From contig NC_014729.1 in assembly GCF_000172995.2 (NCBI RefSeq), forward strand, positions 2,250,001 through 2,282,000: a stretch of DNA of 32,000 nucleotides, in the 5' to 3' direction. Of this stretch, positions 1 to 8,269 are shown one piece after another. The translations under genes and the position numbers were made by a program. The notes under the pieces were generated by a model. It was not told the origin of the DNA. It searched no databases and saw only the letters and a list, made by a program, of their open reading frames with translations. How positions within the stretch are numbered: the stretch's first letter is position 1; each line of letters opens with the position of its first letter. The stretch is from Halogeometricum borinquense DSM 11551 (lineage in GTDB: Archaea > Halobacteriota > Halobacteria > Halobacteriales > Haloferacaceae).

Positions 1-3000
1 TTCAGGGCGGCCGCGAACTCCCGCACGTCCTCCGGATGCTCATCCCCGAGTCGTTCCGGGGCGACGACGCGATGGACGAGGAACGCCGCGAGTGGTACGA
101 CTACCACGCCTCCCTCGTTGAGCCGTGGGACGGTCCCGCTCTCGTCGCCGCCACCGACGGTGACCGCGTGGCCGCCGTCCTCGACCGGAACGGTCTCCGC
201 CCGTGTCGCTACGACGTGACCACTGACAACACGCTCGTGATGGCGTCGGAAGTGGGGGCACTCGACACCGATCCGGCCGAGATACGCGAACGCGGCCGCC
301 TCCAACCCGGTCAACTGTTCGTCGCAGATCCCGAGGAAGGACGCGTCATCCCCGACGAGGAGGTGTTCGACTCTCTCACCGACGAGAAGTACGGCGAGTG
401 GGTCGAAGCCGAACAACACCAGATGTCCGCGCTGGCGGACACCGACGACTACGTACCGCACGATGTTGTCGATGACCTCCGCGCTCGGCAAGCCGCCTTC
501 GGCTACACGCAGGATCAACTGAACCATCTCGTCGAACCGATGGCCGAACAGGGGAAAGACCCGGTCGGGTCGATGGGTGATGACACCCCGCTGTCTGTTC
601 TCTCAGACTTCGACCGGCCGCTTTTTACCTACTTCAAGCAACTGTTCGCGCAGGTGACGAACCCGCCGTTAGACTACATCCGCGAGGAACTCGTCACCTC
701 CTTGGAATCGCGTCTCGGCCCCCAGCGGAACCTGCTTGACGAGACGCCCGAACACGCCAGACAACTCGTTCTCGACTCACCAATCCTCTCGGACGCCGAA
801 ACGGCCGCCATCAAGGACCTCGACGGCGACATGACCTCAGCCGTCGTGGACATCACCTTCGAGACGGAGACATCGCTTCAGGAGGCCGTCGAACGCGTCC
901 GTGAAGATGCGAAGGCAGCCATCGAAGACGGCGCGGACATCGTTGTCCTCTCGGACCGCAACCTCGATCCCGAACGGGCGGCCGTCCCGAGCCTCCTCGC
1001 TACGGGCGCAGTCCATCACAACCTCGTCCGCAACGGCCTTCGCAACCACGCCGGCCTCGTCGTGGAATCCGGTGAGCCGAGCGAGGTACACCACATGGCG
1101 ACCCTCATCGGCTACGGTGCGGGCGCGGTCACCCCGTATCTCGCCTACCAGACTATCAGTGACATCGTCGCCGGTCCGGATGGCGCAGACGAGAAAGAAG
1201 CCATCGCGGCCTACACGAAAGCCCTCGAAAACGGCGTGCTGAAGACGATGGCGAAGATGGGCATCTCCACGATCGCCTCTTACCAAGGCGCACAAATCTT
1301 CGAGGCCGTCGGCCTCGATTCTGACTTCGTCGCCGAATACTTCGAGGGGACGGAGATTCGGACCGAGGGAATCGGCATCGACGTCATCGAACAGGACCTG
1401 ATGACTCGCCACGCCATCGCCTACGGCACGGACCCCGACCTGCAACATCAAGGCGAGTACGAACATCGCTCGAACGGAATTCATCACCAGTGGAACCCGA
1501 AGACGGTCGGCACGCTCCAACAGGCGGTTCGCTCGGGCAACTACGAGAAGTATCAGGAGTTCGCCCAGTTGATAAACGACCAGTCCGAGGAACTCCAGAC
1601 GCTCCGCGGTCTTTTGGAGTTCGACTCCGACCGCGACCCGGTTCCGATAGCGGAGGTCGAACCGGTCGAGGACATCGTCGAACGGTTTTCGACGGCGGCG
1701 ATGTCGCTCGGCAGTCTGTCTCCGGAAGCCCACGAGAACAACTCCATCGCCATGAACCGCATCGGCGGAAAGTCAAACACCGGCGAAGGCGGCGAACCGC
1801 CGGAACGCTTCGGGACCGAAAAGGAGTGTAACGTAAAGCAGGTGGCGTCGGGTCGCTTCGGCGTCACCAGCCACTACCTCTCCGCTGCCGACGAGTTGCA
1901 GATCAAGATGGCACAAGGGTCAAAGCCCGGAGAGGGTGGCCACCTGCCCGGCAAGAAGGTCAACGAAATGATCGCGCACGTCCGCTTCGCCACGCCGGGC
2001 GTCGGCCTCATCTCGCCACCGCCGCTGCACGACATCTACTCCATCGAGGACCTCAAGCAACTCATCCACGACCTGAAGACGGCCAACCCCGAGGCGGATA
2101 TCAACGTCAAACTCGTCTCCGAGGCCGGAATCGGGACCATCGCCGCGGGCGTGGCGAAGGCGAACGCCGACGTTGTCCACATTTCGGGTCACGACGGCGG
2201 CACGGGCGCGTCACCGAAGACCTCGATCAAAAACGCCGGTCTGCCGTGGGAACTCGGCCTCGCGGAAGCGAACCAGATGCTCCGTGCGACGAACCTCCGC
2301 TCTCGGATTCGTGTCACCGCCGACGGTGGGATGAAAACCGGACGCGACATCGCCGTGGCGGCACTGCTCGGCGCTGAGGAGTACGTCTTCGGTACGGCGT
2401 CGCTCGTCACCTCGGGTTGTGTGATGGCCCGGCAGTGTCACGAGAACACCTGTCCGGTCGGCGTCGCCACGCAACGCGAGGACCTGCGCCGTCGCTTCCC
2501 CGGCGAACCCGATCACGTCATCAACTACATGACGTTCATGGCGCAGGAACTCCGCGAGATTATGGCCGAACTCGGTTTCCGGACGGTCGAAGAGATGATC
2601 GGCCGTCCCTCGGTTCTCACCCAGCGCGAGACGGACCACGAGAAGGCAAAGCACCTCGACCTCTCGGCCGTCATCGCCGAACCCGCCTCGGGCGCACGCT
2701 ACCAGACCGAGTCACAGACCCACCCGGACGTTGCCGACCAACTCGACCACGAACTCATCGAGGCGGCTGAACCCGCGCTCGACCGCGGCGAACCGGTCCA
2801 GATCCGGCGCGAACTGTCGAACGTTGACCGCGCTGTCGGCGCGATGCTGTCGAACGAGATCTCGACGCGCTACGGCGGCGAAGGACTCGCAGACGACACC
2901 ATCAACTGCGAGTTCTCCGGCGTCGCCGGGCAGTCGTTCGGCGCATTCCTCGCGAACGGCGTGACGATGCGTCTCAACGGCGCGTCAAACGACTACGTCG

Positions 3001-3614
3001 GAAAGGGGCTTTCTGGCGGGAAAGTCGTCGTCACGACGCCCAAAACGGCCGGTTACGAGGCCGACGAGAACGTTCTCATCGGTAACGTCGCCTTCTACGG
3101 CGCGACGCAGGGTGAGGCGTACATCAACGGCGTCGCAGGCGAACGCTTCTGCGTTCGCAACTCCGGCGTGAAGGCCGTCGTCGAGGGCGTCGGTGACCAC
3201 GGCTGTGAGTACATGACCGGCGGCGTCGTCGCCGTCCTTGGTGACACGGGCCGCAACTTCGCCGCAGGGATGTCCGGCGGCGTCGCATACGTCTACGATC
3301 CGGACGACGAGTTCGAAGCGAAGGCGAACACCGGCATGGTGTCGCTGTCGGACACGCTGGACGACGCAGACGAGGCGATGCTCCGTCGTCTCGTTGAGAA
3401 CCACGCCGAGTACACCGACTCCGACCGCGCGGCGTGGATGCTGGACGACTGGGCGAGCGTCGTAGACGACTTCGTGAAAGTGATGCCCGACGCGTACGCG
3501 GACATCATCGCAGACCGCGCCGAGGCCGACGTCCGGCGCGAACTTCCCGAGTCGGCAGCGGCCGTCTCGACTGGGACCGAGTCCGAGACGCTGGCGCAGA
3601 CGAGCGACGACTGA
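1..3614 (+). CDS. gltB: Glutamate synthase large subunit, 5'-truncated by the window edge (C-terminal ~1200 aa)
   Basis: The frame is open from nt 3. Recognisable GltB segments include LRMLIPESFRGD...EPWDGPA (end of the amidotransferase domain), KMAQGSKPGEGGHLPG and GRFGVTSHYL (FMN/synthase domain), and the C-terminal GXGXG-type domain GVGDHGCEYMTGG. TGA at 3612-3614. Confidence 0.93.
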   Translation, partial: QGGRELPHVLRMLIPESFRGDDAMDEERREWYDYHASLVEPWDGPALVAATDGDRVAAVLDRNGLRPCRYDVTTDNTLVMASEVGALDTDPAEIRERGRLQPGQLFVADPEEGRVIPDEEVFDSLTDEKYGEWVEAEQHQMSALADTDDYVPHDVVDDLRARQAAFGYTQDQLNHLVEPMAEQGKDPVGSMGDDTPLSVLSDFDRPLFTYFKQLFAQVTNPPLDYIREELVTSLESRLGPQRNLLDETPEHARQLVLDSPILSDAETAAIKDLDGDMTSAVVDITFETETSLQEAVERVREDAKAAIEDGADIVVLSDRNLDPERAAVPSLLATGAVHHNLVRNGLRNHAGLVVESGEPSEVHHMATLIGYGAGAVTPYLAYQTISDIVAGPDGADEKEAIAAYTKALENGVLKTMAKMGISTIASYQGAQIFEAVGLDSDFVAEYFEGTEIRTEGIGIDVIEQDLMTRHAIAYGTDPDLQHQGEYEHRSNGIHHQWNPKTVGTLQQAVRSGNYEKYQEFAQLINDQSEELQTLRGLLEFDSDRDPVPIAEVEPVEDIVERFSTAAMSLGSLSPEAHENNSIAMNRIGGKSNTGEGGEPPERFGTEKECNVKQVASGRFGVTSHYLSAADELQIKMAQGSKPGEGGHLPGKKVNEMIAHVRFATPGVGLISPPPLHDIYSIEDLKQLIHDLKTANPEADINVKLVSEAGIGTIAAGVAKANADVVHISGHDGGTGASPKTSIKNAGLPWELGLAEANQMLRATNLRSRIRVTADGGMKTGRDIAVAALLGAEEYVFGTASLVTSGCVMARQCHENTCPVGVATQREDLRRRFPGEPDHVINYMTFMAQELREIMAELGFRTVEEMIGRPSVLTQRETDHEKAKHLDLSAVIAEPASGARYQTESQTHPDVADQLDHELIEAAEPALDRGEPVQIRRELSNVDRAVGAMLSNEISTRYGGEGLADDTINCEFSGVAGQSFGAFLANGVTMRLNGASNDYVGKGLSGGKVVVTTPKTAGYEADENVLIGNVAFYGATQGEAYINGVAGERFCVRNSGVKAVVEGVGDHGCEYMTGGVVAVLGDTGRNFAAGMSGGVAYVYDPDDEFEAKANTGMVSLSDTLDDADEAMLRRLVENHAEYTDSDRAAWMLDDWASVVDDFVKVMPDAYADIIADRAEADVRRELPESAAAVSTGTESETLAQTSDD

Positions 3615-3690
3615 CGACGAAAGCCGAAGCGGCGGTCGCAAACGAACGAGCGGCAGACGACTTCCGGTAGCCGAGGCGGGGTTCTCCTAC

Positions 3691-3698
3691 ACTTTTGA
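3691..3698 (+). promoter_or_regulatory. TATA-like box (acttttga) about 27 nt upstream of ATG 3722, implying a leaderless transcript
   Basis: This is the only AT-rich element in the gltB-epimerase spacer. Its spacing fits the archaeal -27 TATA position relative to a leaderless start. Confidence 0.35.
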
Positions 3699-3721
3699 CT
3701 GCGGACCGCCGAACCGAGAGT

Positions 3722-4714
3722 ATGACCGACACTGCGCTCGTCATCGGCGGGACGCGATTCATCGGCCGCCACACCGTCGAGGACTTACTGGATCACGGCT
3801 ACGCGGTCGCCATCTTCAACCGCGGGAACCACGAGAATCCCTTCGCAGACGACGACCGGGTGACGCACGTCGAGGGCGACCGGAAAGACGAGATGGATCT
3901 GAAAGCCGCGAAACTCTCCATCGAACCGGACATCGTCATCGACTGCGTGGCATACCAACCCGCCGACGTGGAAGCGGCGGTGGATATCTTCGCCGACGTG
4001 GACGCGTACGTCTACATCTCCAGTGGGGCCGCCTACGGCCGCGAGGAGATTCCGAAGCGCGAGGGCGAGACGCCGCTTTGCGACTGCACGCCAGAACAGG
4101 CAGCGTCGGACTCCGATGCATCCTACGGCCCGCGGAAAGCCGAAGGCGACCGTATCGTCTTCGACGCCGCAATGGACGGCGTGAACGCGATGTCGATTCG
4201 CCCGTGTATCGTCTACGGTCCCGACGACTACACCGAACGCCTCGATTACTGGATTCACCGAGTAGAGACGTACGACCGAGTGGTCGTCCCCGGCGACGGG
4301 ACGAACGTCTGGCACCGCGCGTACGTGAAGGACGTGGCGAGCGCCCTCCGTGTCGTCGCCGAGCGCGGCACGCCCGGCGAGTCGTACAACGTCGGTGACC
4401 GGCGACTCGTCACGCTCGAAGAGATGGTCGAATGCATCGCCGACGCGGCGGACACGTCAGTCGAAGTCGTCCACGCCGGAGAGCGGGAACTCGCGGCCGC
4501 CGGCCTCGAACCCGACGATTTCATTCTCTACCGAGAGTATCCGCACGTTCTCGATACGAACAAACTGGCTGACCTCGGTTGGGACTCGACACCGTTGGAC
4601 GAGGCAATGGCTGTCTCCGTGGACGACTACCGAGACTCCGACCGAGACGGGTCCGAGTGGGATCCCGGCCGCGATGCGGAAGAGTCGGTTCTGGAAATTC
4701 TCGATACGCTCTGA
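3722..4714 (+). CDS. NAD-dependent epimerase/dehydratase (extended SDR family)
   Basis: N-terminal Rossmann motif LVIGGTRFIGRH and the overall SDR epimerase layout. ATG 3722 is preferred over the TTG at 3695 in the ORF track because of the TATA spacing. Confidence 0.85.
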   Translation: MTDTALVIGGTRFIGRHTVEDLLDHGYAVAIFNRGNHENPFADDDRVTHVEGDRKDEMDLKAAKLSIEPDIVIDCVAYQPADVEAAVDIFADVDAYVYISSGAAYGREEIPKREGETPLCDCTPEQAASDSDASYGPRKAEGDRIVFDAAMDGVNAMSIRPCIVYGPDDYTERLDYWIHRVETYDRVVVPGDGTNVWHRAYVKDVASALRVVAERGTPGESYNVGDRRLVTLEEMVECIADAADTSVEVVHAGERELAAAGLEPDDFILYREYPHVLDTNKLADLGWDSTPLDEAMAVSVDDYRDSDRDGSEWDPGRDAEESVLEILDTL

Positions 4715-4756
4715 CCGGGCGTCGAGCGCACACGACAAATCGGTTCGAGCGGCCTC

Positions 4757-5446
4757 TCAGACACCGAACTCTTCGCGGTCCATGCCGGGGACCTCCTCTT
4801 CTAACCACTCGCGGAACCACTTGACGCGCTTGAGTCGCTGATGAGCGATGCTTTCGGCACTCTCGCTTTCGATCCGATCCGTTGCGGCGCGACCCCGTTC
4901 GAGGACGCGTTCGACCATCTCGGAGGCGTCCATGTGCGTCCGCGCCTCATAGCCCATACGAAGGAGCATCAGGACGGTACCGTTCGCGCCGACCTTGTCC
5001 AGAATGTCCGCCTCGATGAGACACCGCGTCTCGAGCGTCACATCCGACAGCGGTCCCTGATAGGAGTGGTCGGCGACGACCTGACACACTTGTTCGATGA
5101 ACGACTGCGGAAAGTCCCCGTGCGTCGAGAGGTACTCGCGGGCGACGCGCGCGCCCTCTTCGGCGTGAACCTCCTGTTCGGCCTCTAGTTTTGCGATGTC
5201 GTGAAACAGGGCAGCAACCCGGACGACATCCACGTCGGCACCTTCGCGTTCTGCGATATTCGAGGCGAGATCTACGACGTTAAGGATGTGGTTGAAACGG
5301 TATTCGGCGCTGTGCCACGGATACCACCGCATTCGCCCGCCGTCATCTTCGTTCTCCACGCTGGCGGCGAGGTAGTCCTTGACGAATCGTTGCATCGTCT
5401 CGAACTCCTCGGCGGACACGGGAGATTCCTTGATTTCAACGCCCAC
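4757..5446 (-). CDS. HD-domain metal-dependent phosphohydrolase
   Basis: HD signature in VAALFHDIAKLE plus a downstream ADHS/His-Asp pattern. Acidic composition and high GC3. GTG start at 5446. Confidence 0.85.
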   Translation of the reverse strand: MGVEIKESPVSAEEFETMQRFVKDYLAASVENEDDGGRMRWYPWHSAEYRFNHILNVVDLASNIAEREGADVDVVRVAALFHDIAKLEAEQEVHAEEGARVAREYLSTHGDFPQSFIEQVCQVVADHSYQGPLSDVTLETRCLIEADILDKVGANGTVLMLLRMGYEARTHMDASEMVERVLERGRAATDRIESESAESIAHQRLKRVKWFREWLEEEVPGMDREEFGV

Positions 5447-5723
5447 AGTGCCACCTCCGTTCGAAACGAGGGAGAGATGTTCGTCCGTTCTCGATTGGTT
5501 TCATTACCCGAATTAATGGTTGTTCCGCTCTTAGGCGTTACGACGAGCGCGAATCGACCGTCACACGTCCACCGTTGCCACGACGACACGGGGAAAACCG
5601 AAGGTCTCCTAACCGTTTACATCCATACACTCGGTAACAGATGTCGAACCTGCCAGGGTACGTCCAGAACACCACCTATCGGATGCAAGCGACCAGCGAG
5701 GAACACGAGGAGTCCATGCTACG

Positions 5724-6779
5724 ATGACCGACAAACGTGAGCGAAGCGGAGATCACGACCGCGATCACGACGTTCAACAGGTACTCCCACCGGACGCCAT
5801 CCCGAGCGTGGACAATCCGACGTTCGGCCCAGCAGACGAATACGACGGCGACGGGAGCGACGACGTAATCGTCGTCGAAATCGCGGGGGACGCGCGGGCG
5901 TATCCGGTTCGGTTTCTCCACTATCACGAAATCGTCAACGACGAGTTCGGATCGGTTCCCGTCGCTGTCACGTGGTGTCCGCTCTGCGGGAGCGCCGTCG
6001 TCTACGACCGACGCGTGGCGGAAGCAGCACCCGCCGATGACGACGCCGACGTGCCGGATCACGCGGTCCTCGAACTCGGCGTCTCGGGGAAACTCGCGGA
6101 CGACGATCTGGTGATGTACGACCGCGAGACCGGCTCTGAGTGGAAACAGTCCAGCGGCGCCTGTCTCTCCGGCGTTCACGAGGGGATGCGATTGGCCGTC
6201 CTTCCAGCGGCGACGACGACAGCCGAAGCCTTCGCACGCGACTACGATGACGGGGCGATGCTGCGGCCACCGGGTGGCGAAAGCGAGGCGGCCAGCGACT
6301 CGGACGAACCCGCATCCATCGAGTACGATGCGGACCCGTACGAGGCCTACTTCGAGATGCCCGGCTACGGACTCGGGGCACACCGCGGTACCGGCGGCCG
6401 TGACGACTGGCCGCAGTCGCTCTCGACCGCAGGCGTCGAACCCAAGAGTATCGTCGCCGGACTCGAACGCGACGAGGACGCGCTCGGTATCCCACTCGAA
6501 GTCGCCGAAGCGACGGGCGGCGTCGTCCGCGTCACCGTCGGCGACGACGAAGCAGTGGTGTTCGCTACCGCCGATGGCATCCACGCTTTCGAGGCCCCGT
6601 CGTTCGAACTCGAACCAACCGATGAGGAAGGAATGTTCGTCGGCGACGGTACGACGTGGCACGGCGGAACCGGCCGCGCCGACGACGGACGCACGCTTGA
6701 CCGCCTTCCCGTTCGCAGACTGTTCGCGTTCGCGTGGCGCGATGATCACGGTCGAGATGCGTTCTTCCTCGACGAATGA
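5724..6779 (+). CDS. DUF3179-family protein (function unknown)
   Basis: VAVTWCPLCGSAVVYDR matches the conserved WCPLCG core I associate with DUF3179. Acidic composition. The opposite-strand ORF 5676..6815 is Arg-rich antisense noise. Confidence 0.8.
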   Translation: MTDKRERSGDHDRDHDVQQVLPPDAIPSVDNPTFGPADEYDGDGSDDVIVVEIAGDARAYPVRFLHYHEIVNDEFGSVPVAVTWCPLCGSAVVYDRRVAEAAPADDDADVPDHAVLELGVSGKLADDDLVMYDRETGSEWKQSSGACLSGVHEGMRLAVLPAATTTAEAFARDYDDGAMLRPPGGESEAASDSDEPASIEYDADPYEAYFEMPGYGLGAHRGTGGRDDWPQSLSTAGVEPKSIVAGLERDEDALGIPLEVAEATGGVVRVTVGDDEAVVFATADGIHAFEAPSFELEPTDEEGMFVGDGTTWHGGTGRADDGRTLDRLPVRRLFAFAWRDDHGRDAFFLDE

Positions 6780-6864
6780 TGCCGCTGCTGGGTTGGGGTG
6801 TCGTTCAACGGTCAAGGACGTAGACCTATCCCTTGGAACACCACGGTCCGTTCGGTATCTTCTA

Positions 6865-7396
6865 CCCGAATGAATAGTTCAGTACGCAAAAATCAAGTAA
6901 TCGTGAATGTACGAACGGCTATGGGTGAGTGCGCGAGATGTGGGGACTTCACCGATAATCCCGCAGACGGAGAATACCAGTATTGTGAAGATTGTATAGA
7001 GACATTTAATCAAATTCGTCAGGATGGTGTAGTGGTCAAACAAAAGAATAGAGGATATCAGGTGTCTGTTACAGCATCTTAAGACCGATTTAGCGGTGGG
7101 GTCGAAGATAACCAGACAGATGCGCTGGCTCGGGGGAAGTATATCGCTGATGAACTGGGAGTAAATGCACTGTTTGAATATCAGAAATCTGGATCTCAAT
7201 GGGAGTTAGAAGTGTATCTGCGAGAACATCCGGGCATCCAAACCGATGTCATGGAGCGCTTGAGCCGCGTACCAGAGAAATCCAAACCTAGCTTACTCGC
7301 CCGAATCAGAAGCCTACTATAACGAGTTGAATCCTCTCGTCTTCTGGGCTCGAATTCGTGATGGATATCTCTCGCTCACTTACGTTCGCGAGAAGA
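6865..7396. other. AT-rich islet (visibly lower GC than its flanks) directly 3' of tRNA-Gln
   Basis: By eye, runs such as aaaaatcaagtaatcgtgaatgta, gattgtatagagacatttaatcaaattcgt and caaacaaaagaatagaggatatcag contrast with the GC-rich surroundings. Codons here often end in A/T, unlike the rest of the window. Confidence 0.5.
6921..7082 (+). CDS. Small zinc-ribbon protein (CxxC...CxxC). Possibly the N-terminal fragment of a longer gene disrupted by TAA 7080-7082
   Basis: MGECARCGDFTDNPADGEYQYCEDCIETF contains two CxxC knuckles. An AT-rich element aaaaatcaagtaat lies about 26 nt upstream of ATG 6921. ATG 6870 is an alternative start. The same frame stays open after the TAA up to 7322. Confidence 0.5.
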   Translation: MGECARCGDFTDNPADGEYQYCEDCIETFNQIRQDGVVVKQKNRGYQVSVTAS

Positions 7397-7469
7397 TAGT
7401 CCCGGGCGGATTCGAACCGCCGTCAATGGCTCCAAAGGCCATTATGATTGGCCACTACACCACGGGACT
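7397..7469 (-). tRNA. tRNA-Gln (anticodon UUG), 73 nt, CCA not encoded
   Basis: Folded by hand. Acceptor stem AGTCCCG/CGGGACT; D arm with AGTGGCCAA loop; anticodon stem ATGGC/GCCAT with loop CTTTGGA (anticodon TTG). 4-nt variable loop; T arm GGCGG-TTCGAAT-CCGCC; discriminator A. Confidence 0.9.
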
Positions 7470-7490
7470 GCAGTCGTTACTCGTCGGGGG

Positions 7491-7502
7491 ACCTTTGAAA
7501 AG
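7491..7502 (-). promoter_or_regulatory. TATA-like box for tRNA-Gln (minus-strand ccttttcaaagg)
   Basis: Centred about 28 nt upstream of tRNA position 1 (7469). Confidence 0.4.
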
Positions 7503-7535
7503 GCATCGGGTTCGGTCCGTGGTCGTTACTCAGTG

Positions 7536-7739
7536 TCAATCCGAAGCGACACCATCATCCACTCGTCGTTCGACGGAAAATCCGCCACAGTCGGGACAGA
7601 CGTGATACTGCACGTCATATGCTGTCCCGCATCCTCGGCAAACGTACGGGAACTCCGGACTCCCGTGTGTCTCCGATTGCTCACGGGGTCCCACTCCCGC
7701 AAGGCGGAGGAGACGGCCGATGGCCTCAGTTCCTACCAT
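7536..7739 (-). CDS. Small CPxCG-type zinc-finger protein (67 aa)
   Basis: YVCRGCGTAYDVQYHVCPDCGG gives CxxC + CPxCG, a common class of haloarchaeal small zinc-finger proteins. A TATA-like gttaag lies about 27 nt upstream of ATG 7739. Confidence 0.7.
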   Translation of the reverse strand: MVGTEAIGRLLRLAGVGPREQSETHGSPEFPYVCRGCGTAYDVQYHVCPDCGGFSVERRVDDGVASD

Positions 7740-7797
7740 GTCCTGTCATCTCGGGGGGTGAACTTAACGCTTCGTCATCACCGCAGATCCTGTCAAC

Positions 7798-8241
7798 TCA
7801 GTCTGCAGGCTTTTCTTCAGGTTCGCTCGCCAGTTCGAGATAACAGCACGCGTCCGTCTCCGGGTCGAAACAGTCCGGACACTCGCTGTTTCGGTCGATG
7901 ATAGTGTCGAGTCGTTCGGCGACAGTGTCGTCGATAACGGGTTCCAGTTCGCGCGCCTCGCTACGGAACTCTTCGACGTCGAGGACGTTTGCGAGGAATC
8001 GCTCGATGATACAGTACGTCTGGAGGGCGTCACGCGCGCGTATGATCCCCTCGTCAGTCAGGCGGACTCCCTTGTACTTCTCGTGTTCGGCAAGCCCACG
8101 GTCTTCCAGCTTTCCGATCATCTCGTTCGCACTCGCCGGACTGACGTCGAGCATGTCCGCCAGTGCGCCGGTCGCTGCTGGGCCGTCCTCCATCTCCTGT
8201 AAGAGGTAGATTGCTTTTACGTACTGATCTGCAGTGTTCAT
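7798..8241 (-). CDS. DtxR/SirR-family winged-helix transcription regulator, atypical (Cys-rich C-terminus)
   Basis: The N-terminus (DQYVKAIYLLQE...ATGALADMLDVSPASANEMIGKLEDRGL...YKGVRLTDEG) is the DtxR/MntR HTH. The dimerisation helix is IIERFL. The C-terminus is SECPDCFDPETDACCY. Confidence 0.88.
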   Translation of the reverse strand: MNTADQYVKAIYLLQEMEDGPAATGALADMLDVSPASANEMIGKLEDRGLAEHEKYKGVRLTDEGIIRARDALQTYCIIERFLANVLDVEEFRSEARELEPVIDDTVAERLDTIIDRNSECPDCFDPETDACCYLELASEPEEKPAD

Positions 8242-8269
8242 CGATGTCCTCCACGAATCTCTGTTCGAC

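Noticed and set aside
7080-7082. The in-frame TAA as programmed recoding (Sec/Pyl-like).
   Set aside because: Selenocysteine uses TGA and pyrrolysine uses TAG. I see no SECIS- or PYLIS-like context that I could defend. A nonsense mutation or sequencing error is the simpler explanation.
7327-7605. A 92-aa plus-strand ORF running across the tRNA-Gln gene, and the 7533..7901 ORF.
   Set aside because: These overlap a cleanly folding tRNA, the CPxCG zinc-finger gene and the end of the DtxR-like gene on the other strand. Neither has a motif.
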